Positions 49,627-59,756 of a DNA stretch of 64,000 nt are shown here, in pieces. Position 1 is the stretch's first letter. Each line of letters opens with the position of its first letter. The notes under the pieces are model-generated. The model had not been told where the DNA came from, ran no database searches, and saw nothing but the letters and a program-made list of their open reading frames with translations. The stretch comes from an uncultured Haloferula sp. (GTDB lineage: Bacteria > Verrucomicrobiota > Verrucomicrobiia > Verrucomicrobiales > Akkermansiaceae), in contig CBFGTS010000008.1 in NCBI GenBank assembly GCA_965652295.1, positions 128,001 through 192,000 of the forward strand, read 5' to 3'. The position numbers and the translations under genes were made by a program.

Positions 49627-52289
49627 ATGCCGCGTCTTTGCTTCGTGTGGTCTTCCTTCTTCTTTTGTTCCTGAACAACGGCTTCGTCCGTGCCCAGGAT
49701 CAGAATTCGGAGGTCATCGTCGTCCCGCCCGGCGACAAGTTTCTGCGTTGGCACGGCCATGCCGGTCGGACGTATTTCATCCAAACCTCCGACCCCGCCG
49801 CCCACCTCGAATCGTGGTTCTGGGCCCCCGTGATCGAGCTCGGGAACGACGAGGAGATCAGCTACGAGGTCGGGAGTAGTGCCGGGAAAGGATTCTTCCG
49901 GCTCCACTACACCGACGACCCTTCTCCGGTCGGCGTTTCCCTTGAGGACTGGGACATCGATGCCGACGGGCTTACCAACTGGCAGGAGATCGCGACTTAT
50001 CACACCAACCCCTTGCTCCCGGATACCGATGGCGACGGGCTCTCCGACGGATGGGAAGTGCAGAACGCCCTCGATCCGCTCGATCCCTCCGGCAACAACG
50101 GCGGCGGTGGGGATCCCGACGGCGATGGCACCAACAACCGGGACGAACAGGACCATGACACCGATCCGGGAAACGCGGCGGACTTTCCACCGCAAGTGTG
50201 GTCGGTGACCGCCATGGTCAGCGGGAGCTCTTCGGCGCAGCTCCAGGCCGAAAAGCACATCCGCGAGCGGAACTGGAACGAAGCAACGTACGGTGAACCC
50301 GAGGATAGCGAGGGTCATCTCACGCCGGAGGATCTGAAATCCCGCGCCGAAGGCCTGCCTTTGCCCGGAACGCTGGCCGAAGCCATGGCTGAGCCCGACC
50401 ACATCCAGATGGGGGAGTATGAAGCCTACGCCCACGGCCATTTTTACGCTTCGACCAGTTATTATGAGAACAAGACCGGAAATCACACCGTGACCCGCGT
50501 CTGGGTCCGGGTGCCTCCGAAAAACGAGCAGCAGACCTTCCACTTCGCCAAGCTCACGTCCCGCAACGACCCGGACCCGAGCACCCTGCTTGAGGGGGAA
50601 GTCGTCACCTTTTCCGTTCCGGCCAATCAGACGGACTCCTTCTACATCGACATGAAGTGCGACAGCATCTCGGTGCTGGGGAAGGACGTTCATACCCAGG
50701 TCAGGCTTCGGGCGATCGAGCCGGCCCCCGCGGTGCTGGCGGTGAACTCGGACTTCGACGAAGGCCGGATTGATCCGGATACCGGCTACGCCATTCCCGA
50801 TTGCGACGATGTTCCCGGCGTGAACCGCGACACGGGGGCGGGCAATGATGAGATGGTGATCGGCACCCAGCGGGCGCACCTCGACGGACTGTATGCGAAC
50901 GGGGAGCACATTACGGATGACCTGCACAAGGGGTGGTTCGGAGTGAATCCCCACGACCTGGAGGATGAGTTTTGGGATGGCACGACCGTCACCATCCGGA
51001 AGCTCGACAAGATCGACCCCGCAACGGGACAGACGGAGAGCGGTCAGGTCCGTTTCTACTCCAAGTGGGGGGATACGAGGTTCGGGTCCTATTATGGAAT
51101 CACCCCTTACAACCTTGGAGGGTTCCAACCTAAAGACTTGGTCGTCAGCGGGGTGAACAAAAGGTCGGGCGAAGGAGTTTACGGCTCCACATCGACGATT
51201 CCCGAAGAAGCCACCTTCTGGATGGAAGGCGTCCGCCCCGGCAAGATCACGCTGCAGTGGCGTTTGACCAAAGAATCGGTGGATCTTATCTATGAACAGA
51301 CCTTCCTGGTGGAGACCCGACAGTCCGTGGAGGACTGGCGGGAGGAGGTCCGTTATCAGATCCGGTTGCAGACCAAGGCGAAGACAGGCAGCGAGGTGGA
51401 TATTGCGCTTTATGATCCGGCCAACGGCTTCCGCAACACGCTTTTTCCGAGCCCGCCGGAGAACGACAACGTACTACGGGTGCGGGCCATCTATTACTAT
51501 TACCAACAGCTCTTCCAGCAGATGCCGGAGAAGTTCATGTGGGCGGGGATGGCCAAGACCGCGGCCGCACCGATCTACGCCGCCATGAGCGACCTCACGA
51601 CCTGGTGGCAACTCCAATGGGCTCTGCCTGGAGGGGATGACGGTGCTGGTACCAAAGAACTCATCGAGGGACTGCTTTTGAGTGGCCAGAAGGCGATCTG
51701 CGCCGACAAGGGATGGGCGCATCGGGCCTACATGGCGAGTGGAATAGGGGCGTTGAATTGGGTTAAGGACAATGGCAATGCGAACGCGACGGATTTTGAC
51801 GCATGGGATGACTTGAATACAGGAATTTTATATGAGAGTCAGCCCACGATCAATCAGGCAAACCAGGACCTTCTCGAACGAGAACAGTTCGAAGTGGTCC
51901 AACAGTATTATTTCGACCACGCTACCAATGTTCGGATGAGACAATCCCCTGCGTGGATAGATTGGGGTGCCGCCGTCCATGTGGAGGAAGATGCCGACGG
52001 CTTGGTCAACGTCGGTGTGTGGCTTTCGGCGAATTCCAACAAGAACCCCATGCCGGGTGGTCCGGGGTTTCATGCGGTGGTTCCGGACGGTCGGATTGAT
52101 TTCGTCAACGACCGATGGGCCTGGACGAACAATGCGGTCAACGGAATGCTACAGATCTGGACGGGGGATGCAAGTTCTTCGGTCGCTCCCCATTTCGATG
52201 CCCCCACGCGCATGGCGGAGAACAACAAAACGATGTATTCGGCTGCCTCTGACTACTCGAATGACACAGGAGAATTACCCGTTGAATGA
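49623..52289 (+). CDS. Large secreted protein with TSP3-like Ca-binding repeats and a DUF2515-like C-terminal domain (candidate polymorphic toxin)
   Basis: Signal peptide; DIDADG/DTDGDG/DPDGDG repeats; C-terminal FMWAGMAK, GQKAICAD..WAHRAY, LLEREQ..VVQ, DRWAW. Confidence 0.7.
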   Translation: MNAASLLRVVFLLLLFLNNGFVRAQDQNSEVIVVPPGDKFLRWHGHAGRTYFIQTSDPAAHLESWFWAPVIELGNDEEISYEVGSSAGKGFFRLHYTDDPSPVGVSLEDWDIDADGLTNWQEIATYHTNPLLPDTDGDGLSDGWEVQNALDPLDPSGNNGGGGDPDGDGTNNRDEQDHDTDPGNAADFPPQVWSVTAMVSGSSSAQLQAEKHIRERNWNEATYGEPEDSEGHLTPEDLKSRAEGLPLPGTLAEAMAEPDHIQMGEYEAYAHGHFYASTSYYENKTGNHTVTRVWVRVPPKNEQQTFHFAKLTSRNDPDPSTLLEGEVVTFSVPANQTDSFYIDMKCDSISVLGKDVHTQVRLRAIEPAPAVLAVNSDFDEGRIDPDTGYAIPDCDDVPGVNRDTGAGNDEMVIGTQRAHLDGLYANGEHITDDLHKGWFGVNPHDLEDEFWDGTTVTIRKLDKIDPATGQTESGQVRFYSKWGDTRFGSYYGITPYNLGGFQPKDLVVSGVNKRSGEGVYGSTSTIPEEATFWMEGVRPGKITLQWRLTKESVDLIYEQTFLVETRQSVEDWREEVRYQIRLQTKAKTGSEVDIALYDPANGFRNTLFPSPPENDNVLRVRAIYYYYQQLFQQMPEKFMWAGMAKTAAAPIYAAMSDLTTWWQLQWALPGGDDGAGTKELIEGLLLSGQKAICADKGWAHRAYMASGIGALNWVKDNGNANATDFDAWDDLNTGILYESQPTINQANQDLLEREQFEVVQQYYFDHATNVRMRQSPAWIDWGAAVHVEEDADGLVNVGVWLSANSNKNPMPGGPGFHAVVPDGRIDFVNDRWAWTNNAVNGMLQIWTGDASSSVAPHFDAPTRMAENNKTMYSAASDYSNDTGELPVE

Positions 52290-53266
52290 AGTTGAAATGT
52301 GTCATGTGTTTCATCCTGCTTGTCTTTTCCGCATACGCGGAGGTGGCGAATCCGGTGCCCAGGCTGAATGACGAATACGACCCGGCGAAGTGGCCGAAGG
52401 CGACACTGAAGCTGTCGCAGGCAGCGACGTTGAAGAATGTCTTTGATTCGGGTCTTCGGCCGTACCGATTCCCAGGGCTTGAAAACACAACGCTGGAAGT
52501 AAAGCATCTGAATCTCATGGTCAGTCTGGGTTCGGGGAACAAGCTTCCCTTGATCCAGGCTGAGGTCATGCGAATCAAACCTTTCAGGGATGGAGAGATC
52601 GCCACCATCGAGGGATTTACGCCCAAACTCACTCTTGATCAGGCGCGTGCGGAAATGCTTAAGTGGCTTCCCTATGCCGAAAATGATAGGACGAAAAACG
52701 ATATCGAGATCTATTTAGATGCGGTAAGAGCGGATTATTTGGATTTTGATGATCCTTATCGCGGTATTTCCCATGGCTGCTCGGTGTATTGGAAGGAGCC
52801 GGGATGGAAAACAAAGGGCGGTGGACCTCAAGTGGTGGCTTGGTTTAGAAAAACGACCAGCGTGACTCATCCCTTACGTATCCATTTCAAAGCGACTTGG
52901 TCATCGAACCGTCCTCAGAAAAATCGTGGCACCTACCGTCCCGATCCGATTGAGCCCCCGCCCGGCTACGAAGATGTGGACATGACCGCGCCTGAGAACA
53001 TCGGGCCGGACAGCATGGTGGGACTTTTGCGCTCGAAGGGCGTGGACGTCGGGGATGGCAACGGCGGAATTCCCCAGGAGGAGTATTTCCGCTCGCTCAA
53101 GGGCCAGCAAGAAGCGGAACCGGAGGAACCGGAAACGGTCGTGCAAACGGATGAAGAGGAGCGTGGAAATCTTCGCATCTTCTGGTTGCTGGGAGCCGTC
53201 CTCGCGCTGGCCTTTCTGATTTGGCAGATCATGCAGAAACACGACCGCCGTGGTTCGGCCGGATGA
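52286..53266 (+). CDS. Hypothetical exported, C-terminally membrane-anchored protein (candidate immunity/partner)
   Basis: Signal peptide, C-terminal TM IFWLLGAVLALAFLIW with a basic tail, ATGA overlap, visibly lower GC. Confidence 0.7.
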   Translation: MKLKCVMCFILLVFSAYAEVANPVPRLNDEYDPAKWPKATLKLSQAATLKNVFDSGLRPYRFPGLENTTLEVKHLNLMVSLGSGNKLPLIQAEVMRIKPFRDGEIATIEGFTPKLTLDQARAEMLKWLPYAENDRTKNDIEIYLDAVRADYLDFDDPYRGISHGCSVYWKEPGWKTKGGGPQVVAWFRKTTSVTHPLRIHFKATWSSNRPQKNRGTYRPDPIEPPPGYEDVDMTAPENIGPDSMVGLLRSKGVDVGDGNGGIPQEEYFRSLKGQQEAEPEEPETVVQTDEEERGNLRIFWLLGAVLALAFLIWQIMQKHDRRGSAG

Positions 53267-53377
53267 AGGGGAAAGCATGTCGAATGGGTCCTCGCGGCGT
53301 TGAAGGAGCGATACGAGATCGTCGTCTATCCAGCGCCAGAAGCAGAACCGCACGAATGACAGGCGAACTAACCAGAA

Positions 53378-53510
53378 GCCGAACCGAGCCGCGCCGTGGT
53401 AACCGCTACCAACCTTTCTTTTCTCATGATCTACCGTAACTACACCACCAACCCTGAACTCAGCGTGCGCTGCCGTTGGTAGTGCTGAACGCGTTTTACA
53501 TTCGTTCGAG
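53378..53510 (+). mobile_element. attC-like integron cassette recombination site
   Basis: GCCGAAC...GTTCGAG core ends spanning 133 bp. Internal inverted pair CGCTACCAAC (53404-53413) / GTTGGTAGTG (53475-53484). ATG follows 3 nt downstream. Confidence 0.62.
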
Positions 53511-53513
53511 AAT

Positions 53514-54026
53514 ATGAACACGATCAAGCATACGCGTATTGTTAAGGTTCCCGCCGATTTTCTGTTCGATTATTCCCAACGGAATTCTTGCCGAATGGAC
53601 TGGGGTCCATTCGTGGCTGAGGTGCATCTGCATGATGACACCGACCTTCCGGCTGCGGGCACCGAAGTAACCGTTAAGACTTGGAATCGGATGGTTATGA
53701 CCTGTCGCTACATCCAATTTCGGAGACCAGATTGCATTGCCATCAAGATGCTGAGAGGTCCTTGGGCACTAGCGTCCTTTGGAGGTGGTTGGAGATTCGA
53801 GCCAGTCGAACCAAAGGAGACAAGAGCCTCCTTTTCCTACAGCTTCACCCTCAAAATAGGCCTCCGATGGCTCACTCCATTTGCCAAAGCGTATTTCTCA
53901 TGGGACATGCGACGGCGATTAAAGGCGCTCCAGAGCGGCGCTGATCGCGCCTATCGAGATTACGAGGACAAGGGAGTCTTGCCGTGGTCCATCCCAACCT
54001 CACAGATCATCCCTCCTAATGCCTGA
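53514..54026 (+). CDS. SRPBCC (polyketide cyclase/START-like) family protein, gene-cassette-like
   Basis: LFDYSQ...RMDWGPF, IKMLRGPW...FGGGWRF, RRLKAL; lower GC. Confidence 0.8.
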   Translation: MNTIKHTRIVKVPADFLFDYSQRNSCRMDWGPFVAEVHLHDDTDLPAAGTEVTVKTWNRMVMTCRYIQFRRPDCIAIKMLRGPWALASFGGGWRFEPVEPKETRASFSYSFTLKIGLRWLTPFAKAYFSWDMRRRLKALQSGADRAYRDYEDKGVLPWSIPTSQIIPPNA

Positions 54027-54039
54027 ATTAATTACCTCA

Positions 54040-54246
54040 ACCTTCCACGAAAACCTGCGCCACCGCTGCAAGTCCGGCAGCAAGCGCGGCTCGGAGCGGG
54101 AGAAGCGAGGACGACTCAAGAACCAGGTGATGATCGACGAGCGTTCGCGCATCGGAGACCGGGAGATGGACACGGTCATCGGTCGGCCCGGAGGACCGGT
54201 GCTCGTCACGATGGTCGAACGCGTCAGCCGCTACACACTGCGATGA
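54040..54246 (+). pseudogene. IS30-family transposase internal fragment
   Basis: RGRL..VMIDER-SRIGDREMDTVIG...LVTMVERVSRYT matches the IS30 first-catalytic-Asp region. No termini are present; boundaries approximate. Confidence 0.8.
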
Positions 54247-54515
54247 AGGGGAATGCGGCAATGGTGCCATCGGAGGGGCGCTCGGCAGGCTTGGCAGCCC
54301 ACAGGACTTTGCGATTTGGCTGGGGACTGTCACGGACCTGATCTGACCTCCGCGACCCAAAGGAGTGATGATCCAGCTTGAGGAATGCCGAGCGGTGGTG
54401 GAGTCCGGATTCGAGCGGTGCGAGGGTTCGCGAGTGGAGCAGCGGGCAGCGACGAAGAGCGTTGCCCGGCCTCCGCGCGTTTTTCGAGGCAGACAGTTCC
54501 CGGGCGGATTCCGCA

Positions 54516-54544
54516 TTGGCAGGGGCGATCCGTCTCCCTAGCTT
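54516..54544 (+). promoter_or_regulatory. Putative sigma70-type promoter of mpl
   Basis: TTGGCA-N17-TAGCTT, 12 nt before the ATG. Confidence 0.5.
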
Positions 54545-54556
54545 CGCGCCTCGAAC

Positions 54557-55948
54557 ATGGCCGGGGTTACCAACAAGCATTTTCATTTCGTCGGGGTGTG
54601 CGGCACGGCCATGGGGTCGGTGGCCGTGGCCATGAAGCGCAAGGGGTTCACGGTGACGGGTTCGGATGCCAACGTGTATCCGCCGATGTCCGATTTCCTG
54701 CGCGCCGAGGGCATCGAGCTTTCCGAGGGCTACCGGGCGTCGAACATCCCGGACGGCGCGGAGGTGATCGTGATCGGCAATGCGATCAGCCGCGGCAACG
54801 AGGAGGCGGAGGCGGCGCTTGAGCGGCGGCTGCTCTATTGCTCGCTGCCGGAGGTGATGAAGGAGTATCTGCTGCGGGGAAAACGGAACTTCGTGGTCAG
54901 TGGGACGCACGGGAAAACCACCACCTCGTCCATGCTTGCGTGGCTGTTCCAGTCGGCCGGGCGGAACCCGGGCTGGATGATCGGCGGCCTGCCGCGGAAT
55001 CTCGGTCGCGGAGCGGAGTTCGGCGAGTCGGAGTTCAACGTGCTGGAGGGCGACGAGTACGACACCGCCTTCTTCGACAAACGCTCGAAGTTCCTCCACT
55101 ACCTGCCGGAGGTCGCGGTGGTCAACAACATCGAGTTCGACCACGCGGACATCTACAACTCGCTCGACGAGATCAAGCTGGCCTTCCGGCGCCTGCTGCT
55201 GGTGGTGCCGCGGAACGGTCACGCCGTGATCAATGGCGACGACCCGAACTGCCTCGACGTGGCGGAAAAGGCACCGTGCCAGGTGATGAAGGTGGGGCTG
55301 GGCGAGGGCTGCGATTTGCGGATCACGGACATCGATTTCCAGCCGGGGCACAGCGCGTTCACGATCGGTGGCGAACGCTATCAGGTCGCGATGCCGGGAG
55401 AATTCAACGTCCGCAACGCGGCGATGGCGGTGACGGCGGCGCGGCTCGGTGGGCTGACGGTCGACGAGGTGCGTGCGGGGTTGCTGAGCTTTCAGGGGAT
55501 CGCCCGCCGCCAGGAACTGCGGGGAACGGCGGGAGGGGTGCGGGTGGTCGATGACTTTGCCCACCATCCGACCGCCATCCGCCAGGCCATCCGGGCGCTG
55601 CGGCAGCAGTATCCGACAGGACGGCTATGGGTGGTTTTCGAGCCGCGCTCGAACACGACCAAGCGGAAGGTTTTTCAAACCGAGCTGGCGGAGTGCTTCG
55701 AGGGCGCGGATGTCGCGATCATCGCCGCCATGCCGGATCCGGAAAAGGTCCCGCTGGAGGACCGGCTCGACCCGGAAAAGGTGGCCGCCTCGGTGCCGGG
55801 CGGGGTGGGGCGCTATCTGCCGACGGTGGATGACATCGTCGATGCCGTCGGCCGCGAGGCGACGGAGGGCGACACGGTCGCGGTCCTGAGCAACGGCGGC
55901 TTCGGTGGCATCCACAAGCGCTTGCTGGAGCGCCTGGAACAACGCTGA
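54557..55948 (+). CDS. mpl: UDP-N-acetylmuramate:L-alanyl-gamma-D-glutamyl-meso-diaminopimelate ligase
   Basis: GVCGTAMGS, VYPPMS, GTHGKTTT, EGDEYDTAFFDKRSKF, DDFAHHPTAI, EPRSNT, SNGGFGGIH. Confidence 0.95.
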   Translation: MAGVTNKHFHFVGVCGTAMGSVAVAMKRKGFTVTGSDANVYPPMSDFLRAEGIELSEGYRASNIPDGAEVIVIGNAISRGNEEAEAALERRLLYCSLPEVMKEYLLRGKRNFVVSGTHGKTTTSSMLAWLFQSAGRNPGWMIGGLPRNLGRGAEFGESEFNVLEGDEYDTAFFDKRSKFLHYLPEVAVVNNIEFDHADIYNSLDEIKLAFRRLLLVVPRNGHAVINGDDPNCLDVAEKAPCQVMKVGLGEGCDLRITDIDFQPGHSAFTIGGERYQVAMPGEFNVRNAAMAVTAARLGGLTVDEVRAGLLSFQGIARRQELRGTAGGVRVVDDFAHHPTAIRQAIRALRQQYPTGRLWVVFEPRSNTTKRKVFQTELAECFEGADVAIIAAMPDPEKVPLEDRLDPEKVAASVPGGVGRYLPTVDDIVDAVGREATEGDTVAVLSNGGFGGIHKRLLERLEQR

Positions 55949-55961
55949 GACCCAGCGCCTC

Positions 55962-56834
55962 TCAGGAGGCGTTCGAGAGGCGGTGGTTGAGCGAGATCGA
56001 GCGTCGCAGCGCCGCGATGACTTCGACCATCGGACGGAACTTCGCCGTGGCCTTGCGGCAGGCTTCATCGCGGCGGGCGTGGAGGCTGACGTGGCGGCCG
56101 ATCTCGGCGTAGAGTTGATACATCTCGGTCTCGACGACTCCAAGCTCGGCCTTGCAGCGGGAAATCTCGCGGTTCATGTCGCCGATCACATGGAAGGTGC
56201 CGGAGGTGTCCTCGCGTTGGACCTTGCGGTCGGCTTCGAGTCGCTTGTCCAGCTCGGTCACCTCGGCGTCGATATTCTTCACCTCGGCGGCGATCCGGTC
56301 GCGTTCGGTCTTGAAGCCATCGAACTGCTCCCGGAGCTCGGTCATGCGTTGACGTGACTTGGCGGCACTTTCTTCGTCGGTGCTTTCCTCCTGCTTCAGG
56401 ACTTCGAGCTTGGCCTTCATGCCGTCGTAGACGCGGCGCACTTCGCGGGCCTTGACGACCACCGCATCGCGCTCGCGGGCGAGGGATTCGAGCTTTTGCA
56501 CGAGTTGTGCGCGCTCCTTGATGATCGACTCGTTTTTCTCGGACGCGGCGCTCAGCAACTGCGAGCGTTCGTCATGAGCATCGCGAAGCTTGGCCTCGGC
56601 TTCCGCGAGGGTGGAGGTCAGCTCGTCGCGCTTCTTTTGGAGACGACGGAGATTCCAGTATTCGATGCCCAGCTCTTCGACGTTCTCGACCTCCATCCAC
56701 ACCTGAGCGCCAAGATGCTGTTCCGCCTCGCGGAGCAGGTGGGCCTCCGCGGCGGCGTCGGCCATGCGCTTCTGGCGACGGCTGATTCCGAAGGCGAGGG
56801 CGAGACGGGCGAGGAAATAACGGCCGGAGGTCAT
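55962..56834 (-). CDS. Hypothetical coiled-coil protein
   Basis: 290 aa of charged heptad-like sequence directly downstream of acs. Confidence 0.75.
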   Translation of the reverse strand: MTSGRYFLARLALAFGISRRQKRMADAAAEAHLLREAEQHLGAQVWMEVENVEELGIEYWNLRRLQKKRDELTSTLAEAEAKLRDAHDERSQLLSAASEKNESIIKERAQLVQKLESLARERDAVVVKAREVRRVYDGMKAKLEVLKQEESTDEESAAKSRQRMTELREQFDGFKTERDRIAAEVKNIDAEVTELDKRLEADRKVQREDTSGTFHVIGDMNREISRCKAELGVVETEMYQLYAEIGRHVSLHARRDEACRKATAKFRPMVEVIAALRRSISLNHRLSNAS

Positions 56835-56844
56835 GGGAAGGAAA

Positions 56845-58782
56845 TCAGGGCTTGGCCAGACGTTGTTGAAGGCTCTCGATCACCGAGAAGTCCTCCAGAG
56901 TCGTCAGGCTCCCGGAGACGCTGCCGGTGGTGACCAGCTCTTTCAAGAGCCGACGAATGATTTTTCCGGAACGGGTCTTCGGCAGCGCGGGTGCAAAATG
57001 GAGATCGTCCGGCTTGGCGATCGCGCCGATGACCTTGCCGACGTGGTTCCGGAGCTCTTTCTGCAGCTCGGCGGACTCCTCGAAGCCGGTCTTGAGGGTG
57101 ACAAAAGCGACCACGGCCTGGCCCTTGAGGTCGTCCGGGCGGCCGACGACGGCAGCTTCGGCCACGGCCTTGTGAGCCACCAGCGCGCTTTCGACCTCGG
57201 CGGTGCCGAGGCGGTGGCCGGAGACGTTGAGGACGTCGTCGAGGCGACCGATGATCCAGAAATTGCCGTTCTTGTCGCGCCGCGCGCTGTCCCCGGCGGT
57301 GTAGAGACCGTCGTAGTCGGACCAGTAGGTCTTCTTGAAGCGCGCCTTGTCGCCGTAGATCGTGCGGGCCATGGAGGGCCACGGTTTGCGGATTACGAGC
57401 CGGCCCTGCTCGTTCGCTTTGACTTCATTTCCGGCGTCGTCGAGCACCGCGGCGTCGATGCCGAAGAAGGGGAGGGTGGCGGTGCCGGGAGGCGTCGGGG
57501 TGGCTCCGGGCAGCGGGCTGATCATGATGGCGCCCGTTTCGGTCTGCCACCAGGTGTCGACGATCGGGCAACGACCGCCGCCGATCTTCTCGTGATACCA
57601 GCGCCAGGCTTCGGGGTTGATCGGCTCTCCCACCGAGCCGAGCAGGCGCAGGGAGGAGAGGTCGTGCTTCTCGGGGAAATGATCGCCCGCCTTGATGAAT
57701 GCGCGGATGGCGGTTGGCGCGGTGTAGAAGATCGTGACGCCGTGGTCCTCGATCATTTTCCAGAAACGGCCGAAGTCCGGGAAGTTCGGGGCACCCTCGT
57801 AGATGACCTGGGTCGCGCCCATGGCCAGCGGGCCGTAGACGATGTAGGAGTGGCCGGTGATCCAGCCGACGTCGGCGGTGCACCAATAGATATCATCGTC
57901 CTGCATATCGAAGATATACTTGCAGGTCGTGTAGGTGCCGGTGAGGTAGCCGCCGGCGGTGTGGAGGATGCCCTTGGGCTTCCCGGTGGAACCGGAGGTA
58001 TAGAGGATGAAGAGCGGGTGCTCGCTGTCGAAGGCCTTGGCTTCGTGCTTCACTGAAGCGGTTTCGGCCAGTTCGTGCCACCAGTGGTCGCGCCCTTTTT
58101 TCATGGCGACTTTCTGACCGGTGCGTTGATGGACGATCACGCTCTTGACGGCCTTGTTGCGTTTGATGGCTTCATCGACGTTGTCCTTGAGCGGGACGAT
58201 CTTGCCGCGCCGCCAGCCGCCATCGGCGGTGATGATGTGCTCCGCGCCGCTGTCGGCGAGGCGGTCGGAGATCGACTCCGCGGAGAACCCGCCGAAGACC
58301 ACCGAGTGGACCGCGCCGAGACGGGCGCAGGCGAGCATGGCGACCGCGGCCTCCGGGATCATCGGCATGTAAATCAACACCCGGTCCCTGGCTTTCACGC
58401 CTTGAGCGGCGAGGACGTTGGCGAATTGGCAGACCTCCTTGTGGAGTTGGGCGTAGGTGATCGTGCGGCGGTCACCCGGTTCGCCTTCGAAGATGATGGC
58501 GGCCTTGTTCTTGCGCGGGCCGGTGGCGTGGCGATCGAGGCAGGACTCGGTGATGTTGAGCTTGCCGCCGACGAACCACTTGGCATCCGGGGCCTTCCAC
58601 TCGAGCACCTTTTTCCACGGCTGGCGCCAGGCGAGCTCCTTGGCCTCCGCGGCCCAGAACTTCTCCGGTTGGTCGACCGACTCCTTCCACATCCGCTTGT
58701 ACTGGGCGAGCGAGGAGACGCGGGCGGCTTTGGAGAATTCCTTGGTGGGCTTGTAGACGTCGGGCGCGGTGCTTTTGCTCAT
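56845..58782 (-). CDS. acs: Acetate--CoA ligase
   Basis: [42 protein letters not shown]. Confidence 0.97.
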   Translation of the reverse strand: MSKSTAPDVYKPTKEFSKAARVSSLAQYKRMWKESVDQPEKFWAAEAKELAWRQPWKKVLEWKAPDAKWFVGGKLNITESCLDRHATGPRKNKAAIIFEGEPGDRRTITYAQLHKEVCQFANVLAAQGVKARDRVLIYMPMIPEAAVAMLACARLGAVHSVVFGGFSAESISDRLADSGAEHIITADGGWRRGKIVPLKDNVDEAIKRNKAVKSVIVHQRTGQKVAMKKGRDHWWHELAETASVKHEAKAFDSEHPLFILYTSGSTGKPKGILHTAGGYLTGTYTTCKYIFDMQDDDIYWCTADVGWITGHSYIVYGPLAMGATQVIYEGAPNFPDFGRFWKMIEDHGVTIFYTAPTAIRAFIKAGDHFPEKHDLSSLRLLGSVGEPINPEAWRWYHEKIGGGRCPIVDTWWQTETGAIMISPLPGATPTPPGTATLPFFGIDAAVLDDAGNEVKANEQGRLVIRKPWPSMARTIYGDKARFKKTYWSDYDGLYTAGDSARRDKNGNFWIIGRLDDVLNVSGHRLGTAEVESALVAHKAVAEAAVVGRPDDLKGQAVVAFVTLKTGFEESAELQKELRNHVGKVIGAIAKPDDLHFAPALPKTRSGKIIRRLLKELVTTGSVSGSLTTLEDFSVIESLQQRLAKP

Positions 58783-58887
58783 GAGTGCGGAGTTTTGTAA
58801 GGCCGCACCTTAGAAATCCCGCCCGGCGGGCCAATCAAAAGTTGACCGCGGGAGATGACTTTTTTGGGTTAGGGAAAGGCCAACCTC

Positions 58888-59727
58888 CTACCGCTTCGGC
58901 TTCTTCGTGGCCGGGCGTTTCTTGGCGAAGGATGCCAGCTTCTTCTTCGCGGGCTTGGCCCTCCGGCGGTCGGCGGGAACCTCGCGCTTCGCTTTGGCGC
59001 GCTGGCGGGTGTTGGGATTGGTGGTGAGGGCTTCGATCTCCGCCGCTTCGAGCTGACGGTAGCCGCCGATGGGGAGGTCGTTGAGAAAGAGCGAGCCGAT
59101 CCTCACGCGGACGAGTCGCTGGACGCCGTAGCCCATGGCTTCGAGCATCACCCGGATCTGGCGCTTGTAGCCGGTGGTGAGGACAATCCGCAGGCGGCGT
59201 GGCGAGAGACGTTCGATTTCCTTGGCCCGGAGCTTGATCTTGCCTTCCTCGACGAAGATTCCGCGGAGGAACTGATCGAGGTGTTCGTCGCTCACCGGCT
59301 GGTTGGCGGTGACGAAGTACTCCTTTTCCACGTCTTTGGACGGGTGGAGCATGCTTTGGGCGAGGTTGCCGTCGTTGGTGAGGACAAGCAGGCCCTCGGA
59401 GTCGCGGTCGAGCCGGCCGACGTGGTTGAGGTGGGAAAGGGTCACCGGCAGGGCCTCGAAGATCGTTTGCCGTCCAAGTTCGTCATCCTTGGAGCACACC
59501 AAGCCCTTCGGCTTGTTGAAGGCGATGGTGGTGGTGCGTTTCGGTTGGACGCGTTTGCCATCGACCCGCACGAAGTCGCCCGGGGAGACCCGCTCAGCCG
59601 GATTGAGGCAGGGCTGGCCGTTGATTTCCACATGGCCGTCCTGGACCATGGCATCGCAGGCGCGGCGGGATCCGACGCCGCAGGAGGCGAGGTATTTGTT
59701 GAGGCGGATGCCGTCGGAGTCGTTCAT
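58888..59727 (-). CDS. rRNA pseudouridine synthase (RsuA/RluB family)
   Basis: S4 domain RLNKYLA..GVGSRR; VGRLDRDSEGLLVLTNDG; RQIR; basic tail. Confidence 0.93.
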   Translation of the reverse strand: MNDSDGIRLNKYLASCGVGSRRACDAMVQDGHVEINGQPCLNPAERVSPGDFVRVDGKRVQPKRTTTIAFNKPKGLVCSKDDELGRQTIFEALPVTLSHLNHVGRLDRDSEGLLVLTNDGNLAQSMLHPSKDVEKEYFVTANQPVSDEHLDQFLRGIFVEEGKIKLRAKEIERLSPRRLRIVLTTGYKRQIRVMLEAMGYGVQRLVRVRIGSLFLNDLPIGGYRQLEAAEIEALTTNPNTRQRAKAKREVPADRRRAKPAKKKLASFAKKRPATKKPKR

Positions 59728-59756
59728 CGGAGTGGAAACGGGAGAGAGCCGGAAAC

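Noticed and set aside
49473..52289. Rhs/YD-repeat or CDI toxin assignment; the 49473 start
   Set aside because: No YD repeats, Rhs core or haemagglutinin repeats are seen. The start at 49623 gives a signal peptide and an ATGA overlap.
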